From an uncultured Nitrososphaerota archaeon (lineage in GTDB: Archaea > Korarchaeota > Korarchaeia > Korarchaeales > Korarchaeaceae), in NCBI GenBank assembly GCA_964480775.1, contig CAYZRF010000012.1, positions 28,119-60,118 on the forward strand: DNA of 32,000 nucleotides. The letters are read 5' to 3'. The position numbers and the translations under genes are program-made. The notes beneath the pieces were generated by a model. It was not told the origin of the DNA and did no database searches. It was given only the letters and a program-made list of their open reading frames with translations. This document shows positions 14,748 to 23,016 of this stretch, piece by piece; the first letter of the stretch is position 1, and each line of letters opens with the position of its first letter.

Positions 14748-17012
14748 ATGAACCATAATGTCATCGAAGAAATATTTGATAGAATAACCTTTGAAGCCCT
14801 GAAAAGCGGGGAGAGAAGGCTACTTGCCTTAGCGGCAGAGGGAAGTCTTGATATCCTTTCACGACTAGTTAACAGATATGCAGAACTTAAAGAGGGAAAA
14901 ACCAAACTATTATATTCAAATACTAGCGTTGGAACGGAATTAATAGGATTAGATACGGTTCTAGGCAACATAGGAAAGAAGATTGAACCAACGGTTTTGA
15001 ATTTCGATGACAGCGAGGAGGCAATGGGAGGAACTTGGGACGTTTTACTGGCAGATTTTTCCTACCAAATGAGAGCAAACGATATCGGAAGGCTTGTAGA
15101 AACGATAAAGGGAGGAGGACTCGTCTTATTTGCTATACCAAGTTTGAAGGCTTGGTTTAACACTCTAACTCAATTTCAAAAGAAACTGGTGTCTCCCCCC
15201 TTTACTGAAAGGGATGTGAGACAGGCATTCAAGAGAAGATTCATCTCAAACCTGAAGGGTAGACCTGGAGTTTGGCTTGTAGATGTGGAGTCAGGAAGCA
15301 TCGAGGGAGTTAGTAGGGATGTGGCTCCAAGACTTTTGCCAAGAGCAAGAGCAAAAGGACCCATAAGGTCTCTTGCATTAACTAATGAGCAAATCAAAGT
15401 AATAGATTGTATTACTGACTTAGCTGAAGCCAAAGGGAAAAACACAATAGTGATAATAGCTGATAGAGGGAGAGGAAAGTCCGCTGCACTGGGACTAAGT
15501 CTAGCTCGTCTTGTCGCCAAAGGATTTTGGAGAAAGATTGTTGTAACAGCACCAACAATAAGAGGAGCCAAAACCCTCTTTTACTTCCTTAGACTTGGTC
15601 TCAAAGCCCAAGGATTAAAGATTAAAGAGATCTTTAGAGATGATACAACAGTTAAGATTTCATCTGGACAATGTTCTGTCGTCTATATGAGTCCAATAAG
15701 GGCTATAGAAGCTAAATCCAAAATAAAGGTAGTAGACGAAGCTGCTAGCATTCCAACTTATGTTTTGTTCTCTATTCTAAAGACATCGAAGCTGACCATT
15801 TTTTCAACGACCATACACGGATATGAGGGCGCAGGTAGAAGTTTCTCGCTAAGGTTTCTAGAGAGGCTGAGGAGGATGAAAGGGCTAAATCTCGCCGAAA
15901 TAAGGATGAAAACCCCAATACGCTATCCAGAAGGTGATCCTGTAGAGAAATGGCTGTATGATTTTCTTTTGCTGGACGCAGAACCAGTGAACATTAGAGA
16001 AAAAGAGATCGACAAGGAGAAAATTGAATTCTCTAGATTAGATATCGAGGAAACGCCTGAAGAGGTACTAAAACAATTTTACGGCATATATGTTCTTGCT
16101 CACTATAGAAACAGACCAAATGATCTAGCTTTGCTTTTAGATGCTCCACATCATTCTGCATGGGTTTTAATTCATAACAACAAGGTTCTTGTATCAGCAC
16201 AGCTTGCTGAAGAAGGAAAATTACTTCCAGTAATGGCGGAAGAGCTGCTGAAAGGCTGGGAGCCTCCAGGCCATATGATACCAATCAGAATGGTCCTTCA
16301 CTATGGTTTCAAGGACTTTGCAAGGCTTTGGGGATGGAGAATCGTAAGAATAGCAACACACCCATCCCTACAAGGTAGAGGCTTGGGTTCTCTTATACTC
16401 AAAGAGATCGAGCAAAAAGCCATAGAAAAGGGTATGGATTGGATTGGGGCTGGTTTTGGGGCTTCACCGAGGCTTCTTAATTTCTGGCTTAAGAACGGAT
16501 TTATCCCCATACATATAAGCCCTAGTAGGAATCCAACATCTGGGGAGTTCAGTGTTTTTGTCTTAAAGCCGTTGAACAAACGAACAAGTAAAATGGTTGA
16601 AGGTATGTCATTTGAGTTCAAAAACAGGTTACTTGGATCACTACACGATGTGTACTTTACCCTTTCTCCCTCCGTAGCCAGACTTCTATTAGCTTCTGGT
16701 TCCTTTAAGACTAGGTTGAGGCTGAGCATGTCGCAGAGGAGGAGACTAAAAGGTTACCTTCAAGGAACTCACACATATGAGATGGCCGCTGACGCTATAA
16801 AGGTCCTACTCCATCATTATTTCGTCAAAGGATGGGATGTGAGGCCTCTAAAACCTTGGGAAGAGGATCTTCTCGTTGCAAAAACTTTGCAGGGCAGAGG
16901 ATGGGAACAAATCAGAAGAATTTTCAAAATAAAGAAGCCTCTTGACCATTATAGAGGGATTATCGAAAGATTGGTGGGGTTCTATGTCCAAAAAGAAGGT
17001 ATTACACTTTAG
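14748..17012 (+). CDS. tmcA: tRNA/RNA cytidine N4-acetyltransferase (TmcA / archaeal Nat10 homologue)
   Basis: 754 aa. P-loop ADRGRGKSAALG, Walker B VVDEAASIP, GNAT acetyl-CoA motif RIATHPSLQGRGLGSLIL, and a C-terminal tRNA-binding-like region. AAGGGGGA lies 5 nt upstream of the ATG. Confidence 0.9.
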   Translation: MNHNVIEEIFDRITFEALKSGERRLLALAAEGSLDILSRLVNRYAELKEGKTKLLYSNTSVGTELIGLDTVLGNIGKKIEPTVLNFDDSEEAMGGTWDVLLADFSYQMRANDIGRLVETIKGGGLVLFAIPSLKAWFNTLTQFQKKLVSPPFTERDVRQAFKRRFISNLKGRPGVWLVDVESGSIEGVSRDVAPRLLPRARAKGPIRSLALTNEQIKVIDCITDLAEAKGKNTIVIIADRGRGKSAALGLSLARLVAKGFWRKIVVTAPTIRGAKTLFYFLRLGLKAQGLKIKEIFRDDTTVKISSGQCSVVYMSPIRAIEAKSKIKVVDEAASIPTYVLFSILKTSKLTIFSTTIHGYEGAGRSFSLRFLERLRRMKGLNLAEIRMKTPIRYPEGDPVEKWLYDFLLLDAEPVNIREKEIDKEKIEFSRLDIEETPEEVLKQFYGIYVLAHYRNRPNDLALLLDAPHHSAWVLIHNNKVLVSAQLAEEGKLLPVMAEELLKGWEPPGHMIPIRMVLHYGFKDFARLWGWRIVRIATHPSLQGRGLGSLILKEIEQKAIEKGMDWIGAGFGASPRLLNFWLKNGFIPIHISPSRNPTSGEFSVFVLKPLNKRTSKMVEGMSFEFKNRLLGSLHDVYFTLSPSVARLLLASGSFKTRLRLSMSQRRRLKGYLQGTHTYEMAADAIKVLLHHYFVKGWDVRPLKPWEEDLLVAKTLQGRGWEQIRRIFKIKKPLDHYRGIIERLVGFYVQKEGITL

Positions 17013-17319
17013 GAAAAAGTACGAAGATAGTATTCTATCAAGGAGAAAGAGAACAACGATCAGGCTAAGAACTGGGCTAAAAGAAGGCGATAATGTTGTG
17101 ATTAGGACAGGAAATAAGGATATAGCTGATGCTAAGATCACATCCGTTGTAACAACTAAGATTAAAGATCTTACCGAAGAACATGCAATTAAAGATGGAT
17201 TTAGTAGTAGACAGGAGCTTATAAAAGAGTTAGAATCTATCTATGGTAAGCTGGATGAAGATATAGAGGTAAAGATACTTGAATTTTCCCTTATAAGAAT
17301 GAGGTCGAAAAAAAGGTAG
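16984..17319 (+). CDS. ASCH-domain protein (PUA-like fold), YqfB-like
   Basis: About 111 aa from the ATG at 16984 (the track ORF starts at 16942). SILSRRKRTTIRL matches the ASCH signature seen in E. coli YqfB (recalled as ILAGRKTITIRD), followed by LTEEHAIKDGF...IYG...ILEF. GGTGGGG lies 4 nt upstream of this ATG. The gene overlaps the tmcA 3' end by 29 nt. Confidence 0.75.
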   Translation: MSKKKVLHFRKKYEDSILSRRKRTTIRLRTGLKEGDNVVIRTGNKDIADAKITSVVTTKIKDLTEEHAIKDGFSSRQELIKELESIYGKLDEDIEVKILEFSLIRMRSKKR

Positions 17320-17414
17320 CTATTTTCGTGTGATTTTAGGTTTATAGTCTGTTTCAGATAGTTTCACTTCATTTCTAAAACATTTCTTAAATCTAATCAC
17401 TCTATTGAGTTAAG

Positions 17415-18158
17415 ATGATGAACTTAAAGGGGTTAATAAAAGGGACTGCTCTCATCTTGATCGCAATAGCAGTCCTAGCCCCTGCTTTACAGTTAATAGC
17501 CGAAGATGAATCAGAAAATCTAGCCGAGATATCTCAACAGCTATTATCAATGTATTTTCAAGCCTATTCTTTCGTTTTGAACAGACTTGCTTCGTTCAAC
17601 ACAAGCCTTGAGACAAACCTATCGATCCGGGGCGTACACCGTTTTGAGAAAATAGAATTAAATGAGTCAACGAGCATAAGAGATTCGCTAAACCTAAGTT
17701 ATTCTCTAGTGACGCATGCTAACATGCTTTTAAGTGAAGGAAACTATTCAGGTGCTTGTTTATTTACAAAAGAAGCATTGAATATTCTGAGGTTTGTCCT
17801 TGCTGCTGTTTATAAGACCCAGAAACCCTTGAACCAGACAAATACATCTAGTATAACGATGATAAACCTTCAAGTTGCTTTCGAAAGACACAAAAGACTT
17901 CTTACAAGAATAAATCTTAGCATTCAAAAGCTACAAAACCTCACAAAAATAAACATAACTTTGGTAAATGATCTCTTCACGAACATATCCACGATGTTGA
18001 AGGAGGGATCTAGAATTGCAATATACAATGTGAGCCAAGCCCTTAAAATACTATCAGAAGCCAACAAAGCAATTATTCAAATAGAAAAAGAGGTTGCTAA
18101 ATCTTCTCAGATTGCCAAGGTAGAGGATCTTTTTAACAGAACTATATCAAAAGATTGA
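17415..18158 (+). CDS. Secreted or anchored helical protein extremely rich in N-glycosylation sequons; probably truncated by a frameshift
   Basis: 247 aa. N-terminal hydrophobic segment GTALILIAIAVLAPAL. I counted 13 N-x-S/T sequons. See the frameshift finding. Confidence 0.55.
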   Translation: MMNLKGLIKGTALILIAIAVLAPALQLIAEDESENLAEISQQLLSMYFQAYSFVLNRLASFNTSLETNLSIRGVHRFEKIELNESTSIRDSLNLSYSLVTHANMLLSEGNYSGACLFTKEALNILRFVLAAVYKTQKPLNQTNTSSITMINLQVAFERHKRLLTRINLSIQKLQNLTKINITLVNDLFTNISTMLKEGSRIAIYNVSQALKILSEANKAIIQIEKEVAKSSQIAKVEDLFNRTISKD

Positions 18159-18240
18159 TCTGGCAACAGCACCAGAAAATATTTCAACAGTAATCTCCAA
18201 TCTCACTGAGGAATTCAATAAACCAGAAGCTCAAGGAGAT

Positions 18241-18441
18241 GTGAAAAAAGCTAAAGAAGTTCTCAAGGAGGTCAAAAAGACCATAGCTCAAATGAAAAAA
18301 GATATAAAAGTTAAAACTGAGCACAAAGGTGTAAAAGAGCCAAAACCACCAGAAATAACGCCTCCACCAGAAGAAAACCCTTCAAAAGCTCAGGGCAAGG
18401 ATGATAGCGAAGACAAAAGCAAAGGTAAAGGTAAAGGCTGA
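18241..18441 (+). CDS. Lys/Glu/Pro-rich ORF; more likely the +1-frame 3' continuation of 17415..18158 than an independent gene
   Basis: The track start is a GTG only 2 nt after GGAG. The same frame is open back to 18124, overlaps the upstream stop, and continues the sequon-rich style (NIST, NLTE). Confidence 0.3.
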   Translation: MKKAKEVLKEVKKTIAQMKKDIKVKTEHKGVKEPKPPEITPPPEENPSKAQGKDDSEDKSKGKGKG

Positions 18442-18502
18442 AGAACCATTTCAAATTGAATAACAAAATTTTTTTGCAAGATGATTCAAGACTTCTTACA
18501 GA

Positions 18503-19384
18503 ATGAAAAAGCTATCACTCCTAATACTATTATTACTCATCACATCCCATTGCATGCCATGTAGTTCACAAGACACGGAAATAGAAGATTTAGTTCTTCT
18601 TGTTTTTGAAGATGGATACGTAGAGGTTTCTTACATAGCAAGACTTACAGGAGAAGAAATAGAAGTAGAACTTCCTTTAATAGGAGATCCTGAAGAAGGA
18701 TTTGTAATAGCCACAGACGAAGATGGTCTTCTATTAAAGTGCGAAATCAAAGATGAAAAGATAATAGTTGAGTCTCTTGGTGCCGAATTGGTGAACGTTA
18801 CATATCACACTAAGATGATTACTAAGATGGAGTCAGGGATATGGACGCTAAATATTACATCTCCATCCAATAGGACAACGATAATACTACCCCAGAATTC
18901 AATAATAATGGGTTTAAGTAGCATACCTTCTTCTATCTCCAAAGAGAATGGCAGAACTGTTCTGTTATTTGAAGTTAAGGGAGTCATCTGGACTAGCTAT
19001 GTAATTGAATTGAAACCCCAAACCTCTACTCCTGAAGGAACCTCTCCTTCCTCATCAGAACCAGGAACTCAAGAAGAAGGGTTCTTCACATGGTTTATAC
19101 CTGTAATCGCAGGGATAATCTTCATATCTTTTCTCCTTATTCTTAGTCTGAAGAGACCTAGGAAAATACCTGTTAGGATAGAGGAGCTGCCTTATGTTGA
19201 TAGACTCATAATAGACGAGCTTAAAACAAGAGGAGGATCTGCTTTTCAATCTGAATTAATAAAGGCACTTGATTTGCCAAAAACGACGGTTTGGCGCCAC
19301 TTAAAAGGTTTAGAAGAGGAGGGATTGATAGAAATAAAGAAAATTAGAGGCATGAACCACATAAGACTAAAAGAATTCAAATGA
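18503..19384 (+). CDS. Membrane-anchored winged-helix (MarR/ArsR-like) transcription regulator with an extracytoplasmic N-terminal domain
   Basis: 293 aa. Order of parts: signal peptide MKKLSLLILLLLITSHC; beta-rich ectodomain of about 150 aa; Ser/Thr/Pro linker; TM segment FFTWFIPVIAGIIFISFLLILSL followed by KRPRK; C-terminal LIIDELKTRGGSAFQSELIKALDLPKTTVWRHLKGLEEEGLIE. Confidence 0.7.
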   Translation: MKKLSLLILLLLITSHCMPCSSQDTEIEDLVLLVFEDGYVEVSYIARLTGEEIEVELPLIGDPEEGFVIATDEDGLLLKCEIKDEKIIVESLGAELVNVTYHTKMITKMESGIWTLNITSPSNRTTIILPQNSIIMGLSSIPSSISKENGRTVLLFEVKGVIWTSYVIELKPQTSTPEGTSPSSSEPGTQEEGFFTWFIPVIAGIIFISFLLILSLKRPRKIPVRIEELPYVDRLIIDELKTRGGSAFQSELIKALDLPKTTVWRHLKGLEEEGLIEIKKIRGMNHIRLKEFK

Positions 19385-19463
19385 AATAGCACCCTCTTTT
19401 TTAAGCAAAGAGATTCCTGTGACTTTATTTTAATGGGTTTTTAAGTTAAAGTCTCTTTATAGG

Positions 19464-19504
19464 CAGGAGCACTTCTCAGGTGCTCCTGTTTTGCTTCTAT
19501 TTTT
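19464..19504 (+). terminator. Hairpin plus T-tract between convergent genes
   Basis: CAGGAGCAC-TTCTCAG-GTGCTCCTG forms a perfect 9-bp stem, followed by TTTTGCTTCTATTTTT. It lies 80 nt after the regulator stop and 11 nt from the THUMP stop. Confidence 0.45.
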
Positions 19505-19514
19505 GGATTAAGGA

Positions 19515-20039
19515 TTAGTTTCGGAGTTCTTTCTCTGTAGAGAGTACATCTCCTTGTTCTAAAAGGGAGATCCCAGTTAGGGGTCCTATTATCTCAATTA
19601 GGATAATCTTGTCTGGGTTATCTAGGTCAACCTTTCTTTCTATCTTGGTCGCGGCTGCTTCTATGACCTCCATAGTCTTAAGATCAGTATGTCTTTTCTC
19701 CACCGTTATCCTAAATGTCTCATTCTTTCCAATCTTGCTGCCAAATTCGGCAGCAACTCTTCCTATTTCCTCTAGATCTGTTTTCACGATTTTTTGAATG
19801 GGAATGGCTCTCTTGATATACAGAAAGGCTACGGGTCTCTCTGTTAGAAATTTTTTCATTTTGTGAACGGCCTCTAAAGGATTCAAGTTGGTTTTTGCAG
19901 TGAGCAGACCTCTTACATTGGTTTTCTCCACAGCTGGAGTTGGATCTCCTAGCTGTTTCAGAACCGCTAGCGTCTCTATTCTAGCGTCTTCTTCTTGTCC
20001 TCGCGCACATGTGATTAGGAGGTTAAAATCCTCCAGCAA
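19515..20039 (-). CDS. Stand-alone THUMP-domain RNA-binding protein (Tan1/THUMPD1-like)
   Basis: 174 aa. The N-terminal FNLLITCARGQEEDARIETLAVL resembles the ferredoxin-like lead-in of THUMP proteins. The size and lack of a catalytic domain fit the archaeal stand-alone THUMP group. Confidence 0.7.
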   Translation of the reverse strand: MLEDFNLLITCARGQEEDARIETLAVLKQLGDPTPAVEKTNVRGLLTAKTNLNPLEAVHKMKKFLTERPVAFLYIKRAIPIQKIVKTDLEEIGRVAAEFGSKIGKNETFRITVEKRHTDLKTMEVIEAAATKIERKVDLDNPDKIILIEIIGPLTGISLLEQGDVLSTEKELRN

Positions 20040-20064
20040 CTAACTGCACCTACGGCTAAGACAG

Positions 20065-20829
20065 TCACATGACTTCCTCTAATGCTTCTCTAGCCAGTTC
20101 TATCATTCTCTGAGCAGCTCTTATGTTAGCTTTTACTTTGATTTCCTTTCCAGCAGAAAGCGCTTCTTCTGCTTCCTCTAAGAGTTTTTCAGCCCTCTCG
20201 AATCTGCTTTTAGCCTTGCTCACCTTCTTCCCTTCGCTCGCAGCAAGATCGATTTCCTCTCTAAGAACAGTTAATTCAGTGTAGACCTCTTCGAGTTCGC
20301 TTCTTAGCTCCCTAACGGCTTCTCTTCTAGCTTCCACAGAAGCTTCTTTTCCTCTCTTAATCTCTCTTAGCTCGTTTTCTACTGACTGGATGGCCTGCGC
20401 TAACATCCTGGAAAATTCGGTAGCCTCATTCATTGCTGTGTTAAAGCCATCGTATACCCCGCTTGCACCACCAGCAACCAACCCTCCAACCAAGCTTAGT
20501 AGCCTATCTTTGTTGCTTTCTTCGAAAAGACTGCTGACTATTGTGCTGAGTCCTCCTCCAGTTATGGCTCCCCAAAGACCTTTTCTCAGAATTCCACCTC
20601 CACTTACTTGGTAAACTGCCTTAATGTCTTTTCCTATCGGCATAATGATAAGATCACCTTTCTCATCCATGTACTTCACTTTGAACTTAGCTAAATCCGA
20701 TTCTACGTGCTGTTCGGTGATGGCCGTGCCTCTTAGAGCAAGTTGAGACATCAGTCTTTCTACGAAGTCATCAAAGTACTCTGAGAGGTCTTGTACAAAA
20801 TAGACAAATGACGAGACAGAGTATGACAT
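20065..20829 (-). CDS. Hypothetical protein: N-terminal globular part, two Gly-zipper segments, long C-terminal coiled coil
   Basis: Start taken at the ATG at 20829 (MSYSVSSFVYF...); the track ORF adds 18 upstream codons. Motifs: GLWGAITGGGLSTIV, LVGGLVAGGASGVYDG, then Glu/Arg/Lys/Ala heptad-like sequence. Confidence 0.55.
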   Translation of the reverse strand: MSYSVSSFVYFVQDLSEYFDDFVERLMSQLALRGTAITEQHVESDLAKFKVKYMDEKGDLIIMPIGKDIKAVYQVSGGGILRKGLWGAITGGGLSTIVSSLFEESNKDRLLSLVGGLVAGGASGVYDGFNTAMNEATEFSRMLAQAIQSVENELREIKRGKEASVEARREAVRELRSELEEVYTELTVLREEIDLAASEGKKVSKAKSRFERAEKLLEEAEEALSAGKEIKVKANIRAAQRMIELAREALEEVM

Positions 20830-20917
20830 ATGAACCTTTCTCCGTTTATCGTTAAAAGAGTTTTGTTTGGGACACTTAAGCAAATAGCTGATCTAAAAAA
20901 CAAGAAACTCCTAAGAT

Positions 20918-21796
20918 CTACGTCTCGGCAGCAACCTTGTTTCTAAGCCTACCAATTCCGCTTATTTCGATTTCTACTAAATCTCCTGGCTTTAAGAACC
21001 TCGGCTTTGGTTTCATGAAAACTCCTACGCCAGCCGGAGTACCAGTTGCTATTATGTCACAAGGTTCTAAAGTCATAACTCTACTTAGATGGTGAATTAT
21101 TTCAAACACGTTAAATACCATGTTACTCGTTGAAGAATTCTGACGTAATTCTCCATTAACCCATGTACGTATCTTGAGATCGCTGGGATCACTAATTTGA
21201 TCCCTGAATGTTATGCATGGACCCATGGGTGCAAAGGTATCAAAACTTTTTCCTCTCGTCCACTGCCTATCCTTGAACTGAATGTCCCGAGCGCTCACAT
21301 CGTTGAAGACCGTGTATCCAAATATGTATTCTTTCGTTTCCGATAGGGGTATGTATTTTCCTTTTTTACCTATTATCACAGCTAGCTCGCCTTCATAATC
21401 GAGTTTTTCAACGAAGGTGGGCTTTATTATGGGATCTCCTGGACCAACAATTGAGGTTCTTGGCTTCATGAATATTATTGGCTCCTCCGGTATTCTTGCT
21501 CCTTGTTCAGCTGCGTGATCACGATAGTTCAATCCTAAGCATATTATTTTAGGCGGGTTAAGTATTGGTGCGAGGAGTTTTACCTCGCTTAAGTTTATCA
21601 AGAATTCTCTTCTCTCTCTTTCAGAAATATCACTTAGTCGTTGCTCTACCTCTAAAATAGTCTCGGGTCCTGCGCTTATGAGATTTTCAGCCTTTTTTGG
21701 GAGCCAGTTAAAAATAAATTGCAGAACTAAGATTTTATCTCCATACAACAAGCCGTATAAGTCTTCTTCTCCGTAGAGAAAGCGAACCAATTTCAT
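20918..21796 (-). CDS. Fumarylacetoacetate hydrolase (FAH) family protein
   Basis: MKLVRF start. ICLGLNYRDHAAE, FMKP, DYEGELAVIIG, FNDVSARD, RGKSFDTFAPMGP and ATGTPAGVG are classic FAH-family blocks. The track start at 21811 is a GTG 5 codons upstream. Confidence 0.9.
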   Translation of the reverse strand: MKLVRFLYGEEDLYGLLYGDKILVLQFIFNWLPKKAENLISAGPETILEVEQRLSDISERERREFLINLSEVKLLAPILNPPKIICLGLNYRDHAAEQGARIPEEPIIFMKPRTSIVGPGDPIIKPTFVEKLDYEGELAVIIGKKGKYIPLSETKEYIFGYTVFNDVSARDIQFKDRQWTRGKSFDTFAPMGPCITFRDQISDPSDLKIRTWVNGELRQNSSTSNMVFNVFEIIHHLSRVMTLEPCDIIATGTPAGVGVFMKPKPRFLKPGDLVEIEISGIGRLRNKVAAET

Positions 21797-21896
21797 TTGA
21801 TAACCCAACACCTATTGAACATTCACTCCAAAAAAGATTGATCTTAGCGAATGTTAGATCTAATTTTCCTTAATCCAAAAATGCCGTGTCCTTTTC

Positions 21897-22961
21897 TTAG
21901 GTCAATTCTTCGCTAGCTTTCACTTTTATGGAAAGACCTAACAGGAAAGCTAAAAGAGAAAACACAAAGCCTACCAAAACTCCTAGGAGAAAATCAATTG
22001 TTACATATAAGTTACTTCCAAGAATCTTTTCGCCGATTTTAGCGTGAAGAGCTATCTTTAGATCTTTGTTTAGCCAAGCTAAATCTCCTTCATAAAAAAC
22101 AGCCGTAAACCATGCTTCTTCATCAAACAGATCTGTTAACCTTAGGTCTACTTTAGATATCTCTCCCAGAGAGACCTTGAATTGCACAGGTATCTCTTCT
22201 TTTTTGGACTCATAGTAAGCCACCTGCATGGAGGATTCGTAAAATAGTCTTTCATCCAACTTGTCTTTCGTTATTAGAAATAATGAAATTCTTGTATCTC
22301 CAGGAATTATACTAGAAATTTTCAAAGGATAGTAGAGGAATGGTGTCTTGAACTCGTAAACAATTGGTTCTACGCTCTTTTCATCGGACACCTCTATTAC
22401 GTCAAGGACAAAGTACCTAAATCCAGTCGAGGTGTATTCTTTTATCAATTGTTCAACCGAACTTAAGTCAAGAGCGGTATTCAAACCATTCTTCTTCAGG
22501 AAATTTCGAATCCAGTAAGATAGATCATCACAACTTTTTGTCTCAACAACAGTTATATCATGAACCCCTATCTTACTCTTGAACAGTACACTTATTCCTT
22601 CCGAACCTGGAGCAAGTGGGCTCTTTTCTCTATCACCTTGAATCTCGGGCGCGTGTTCAAATATTAGCTCATTTATGACTTCAAAAGATTCAAAACTTCC
22701 CATTTCAATACGTTCTGGCTTAGAAGGTAATGATAGAATCTCTAACACTTTTGTTCTCTGTGAAGAATAAACATCAGTCGATAGAATGAGGATCTCCTTT
22801 TCTCCATTCCACCCTATTATTGCCTTCTGGCCAGGTTCATACACTGAAATGTCTGGAATTATTGGTATCATGCCTTTATCGGCTTGTAGCTCACAATGCA
22901 AACTAGTAAGCAATATCGCTCCTAAAACAAATAATAAAAGAAATCTAACTCGCATCTCCAA
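21897..22961 (-). CDS. Secreted, C-terminally anchored hypothetical protein, DUF2330-like
   Basis: 354 aa. Signal peptide FLLLFVLGAILLTS. QKAIIGWNGEKEILIL...LSLPSKPE and WIRNFLKKNGL...YFVLDVI...YYPLKIS resemble the DUF2330 pattern as I remember it. C-terminal TM segment LLGVLVGFVFSLLAFLLGL. Confidence 0.5.
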   Translation of the reverse strand: MEMRVRFLLLFVLGAILLTSLHCELQADKGMIPIIPDISVYEPGQKAIIGWNGEKEILILSTDVYSSQRTKVLEILSLPSKPERIEMGSFESFEVINELIFEHAPEIQGDREKSPLAPGSEGISVLFKSKIGVHDITVVETKSCDDLSYWIRNFLKKNGLNTALDLSSVEQLIKEYTSTGFRYFVLDVIEVSDEKSVEPIVYEFKTPFLYYPLKISSIIPGDTRISLFLITKDKLDERLFYESSMQVAYYESKKEEIPVQFKVSLGEISKVDLRLTDLFDEEAWFTAVFYEGDLAWLNKDLKIALHAKIGEKILGSNLYVTIDFLLGVLVGFVFSLLAFLLGLSIKVKASEELT

Positions 22962-23016
22962 GAATTGGCACCTTTAAAGCACGATAAATCGTCCTATATT
23001 TAAATCAGGTTCATTT

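Noticed and set aside
20830-20883. Upstream extensions of track ORFs at 20830-20883, 21797-21811 and 29662-29715
   Set aside because: The downstream ATGs give N-termini typical of the families (MKLVRF for FAH, MAKKVQVIGL for CofE with GGAGGG 9 nt upstream). The extensions are short, basic or hydrophobic and unsupported.
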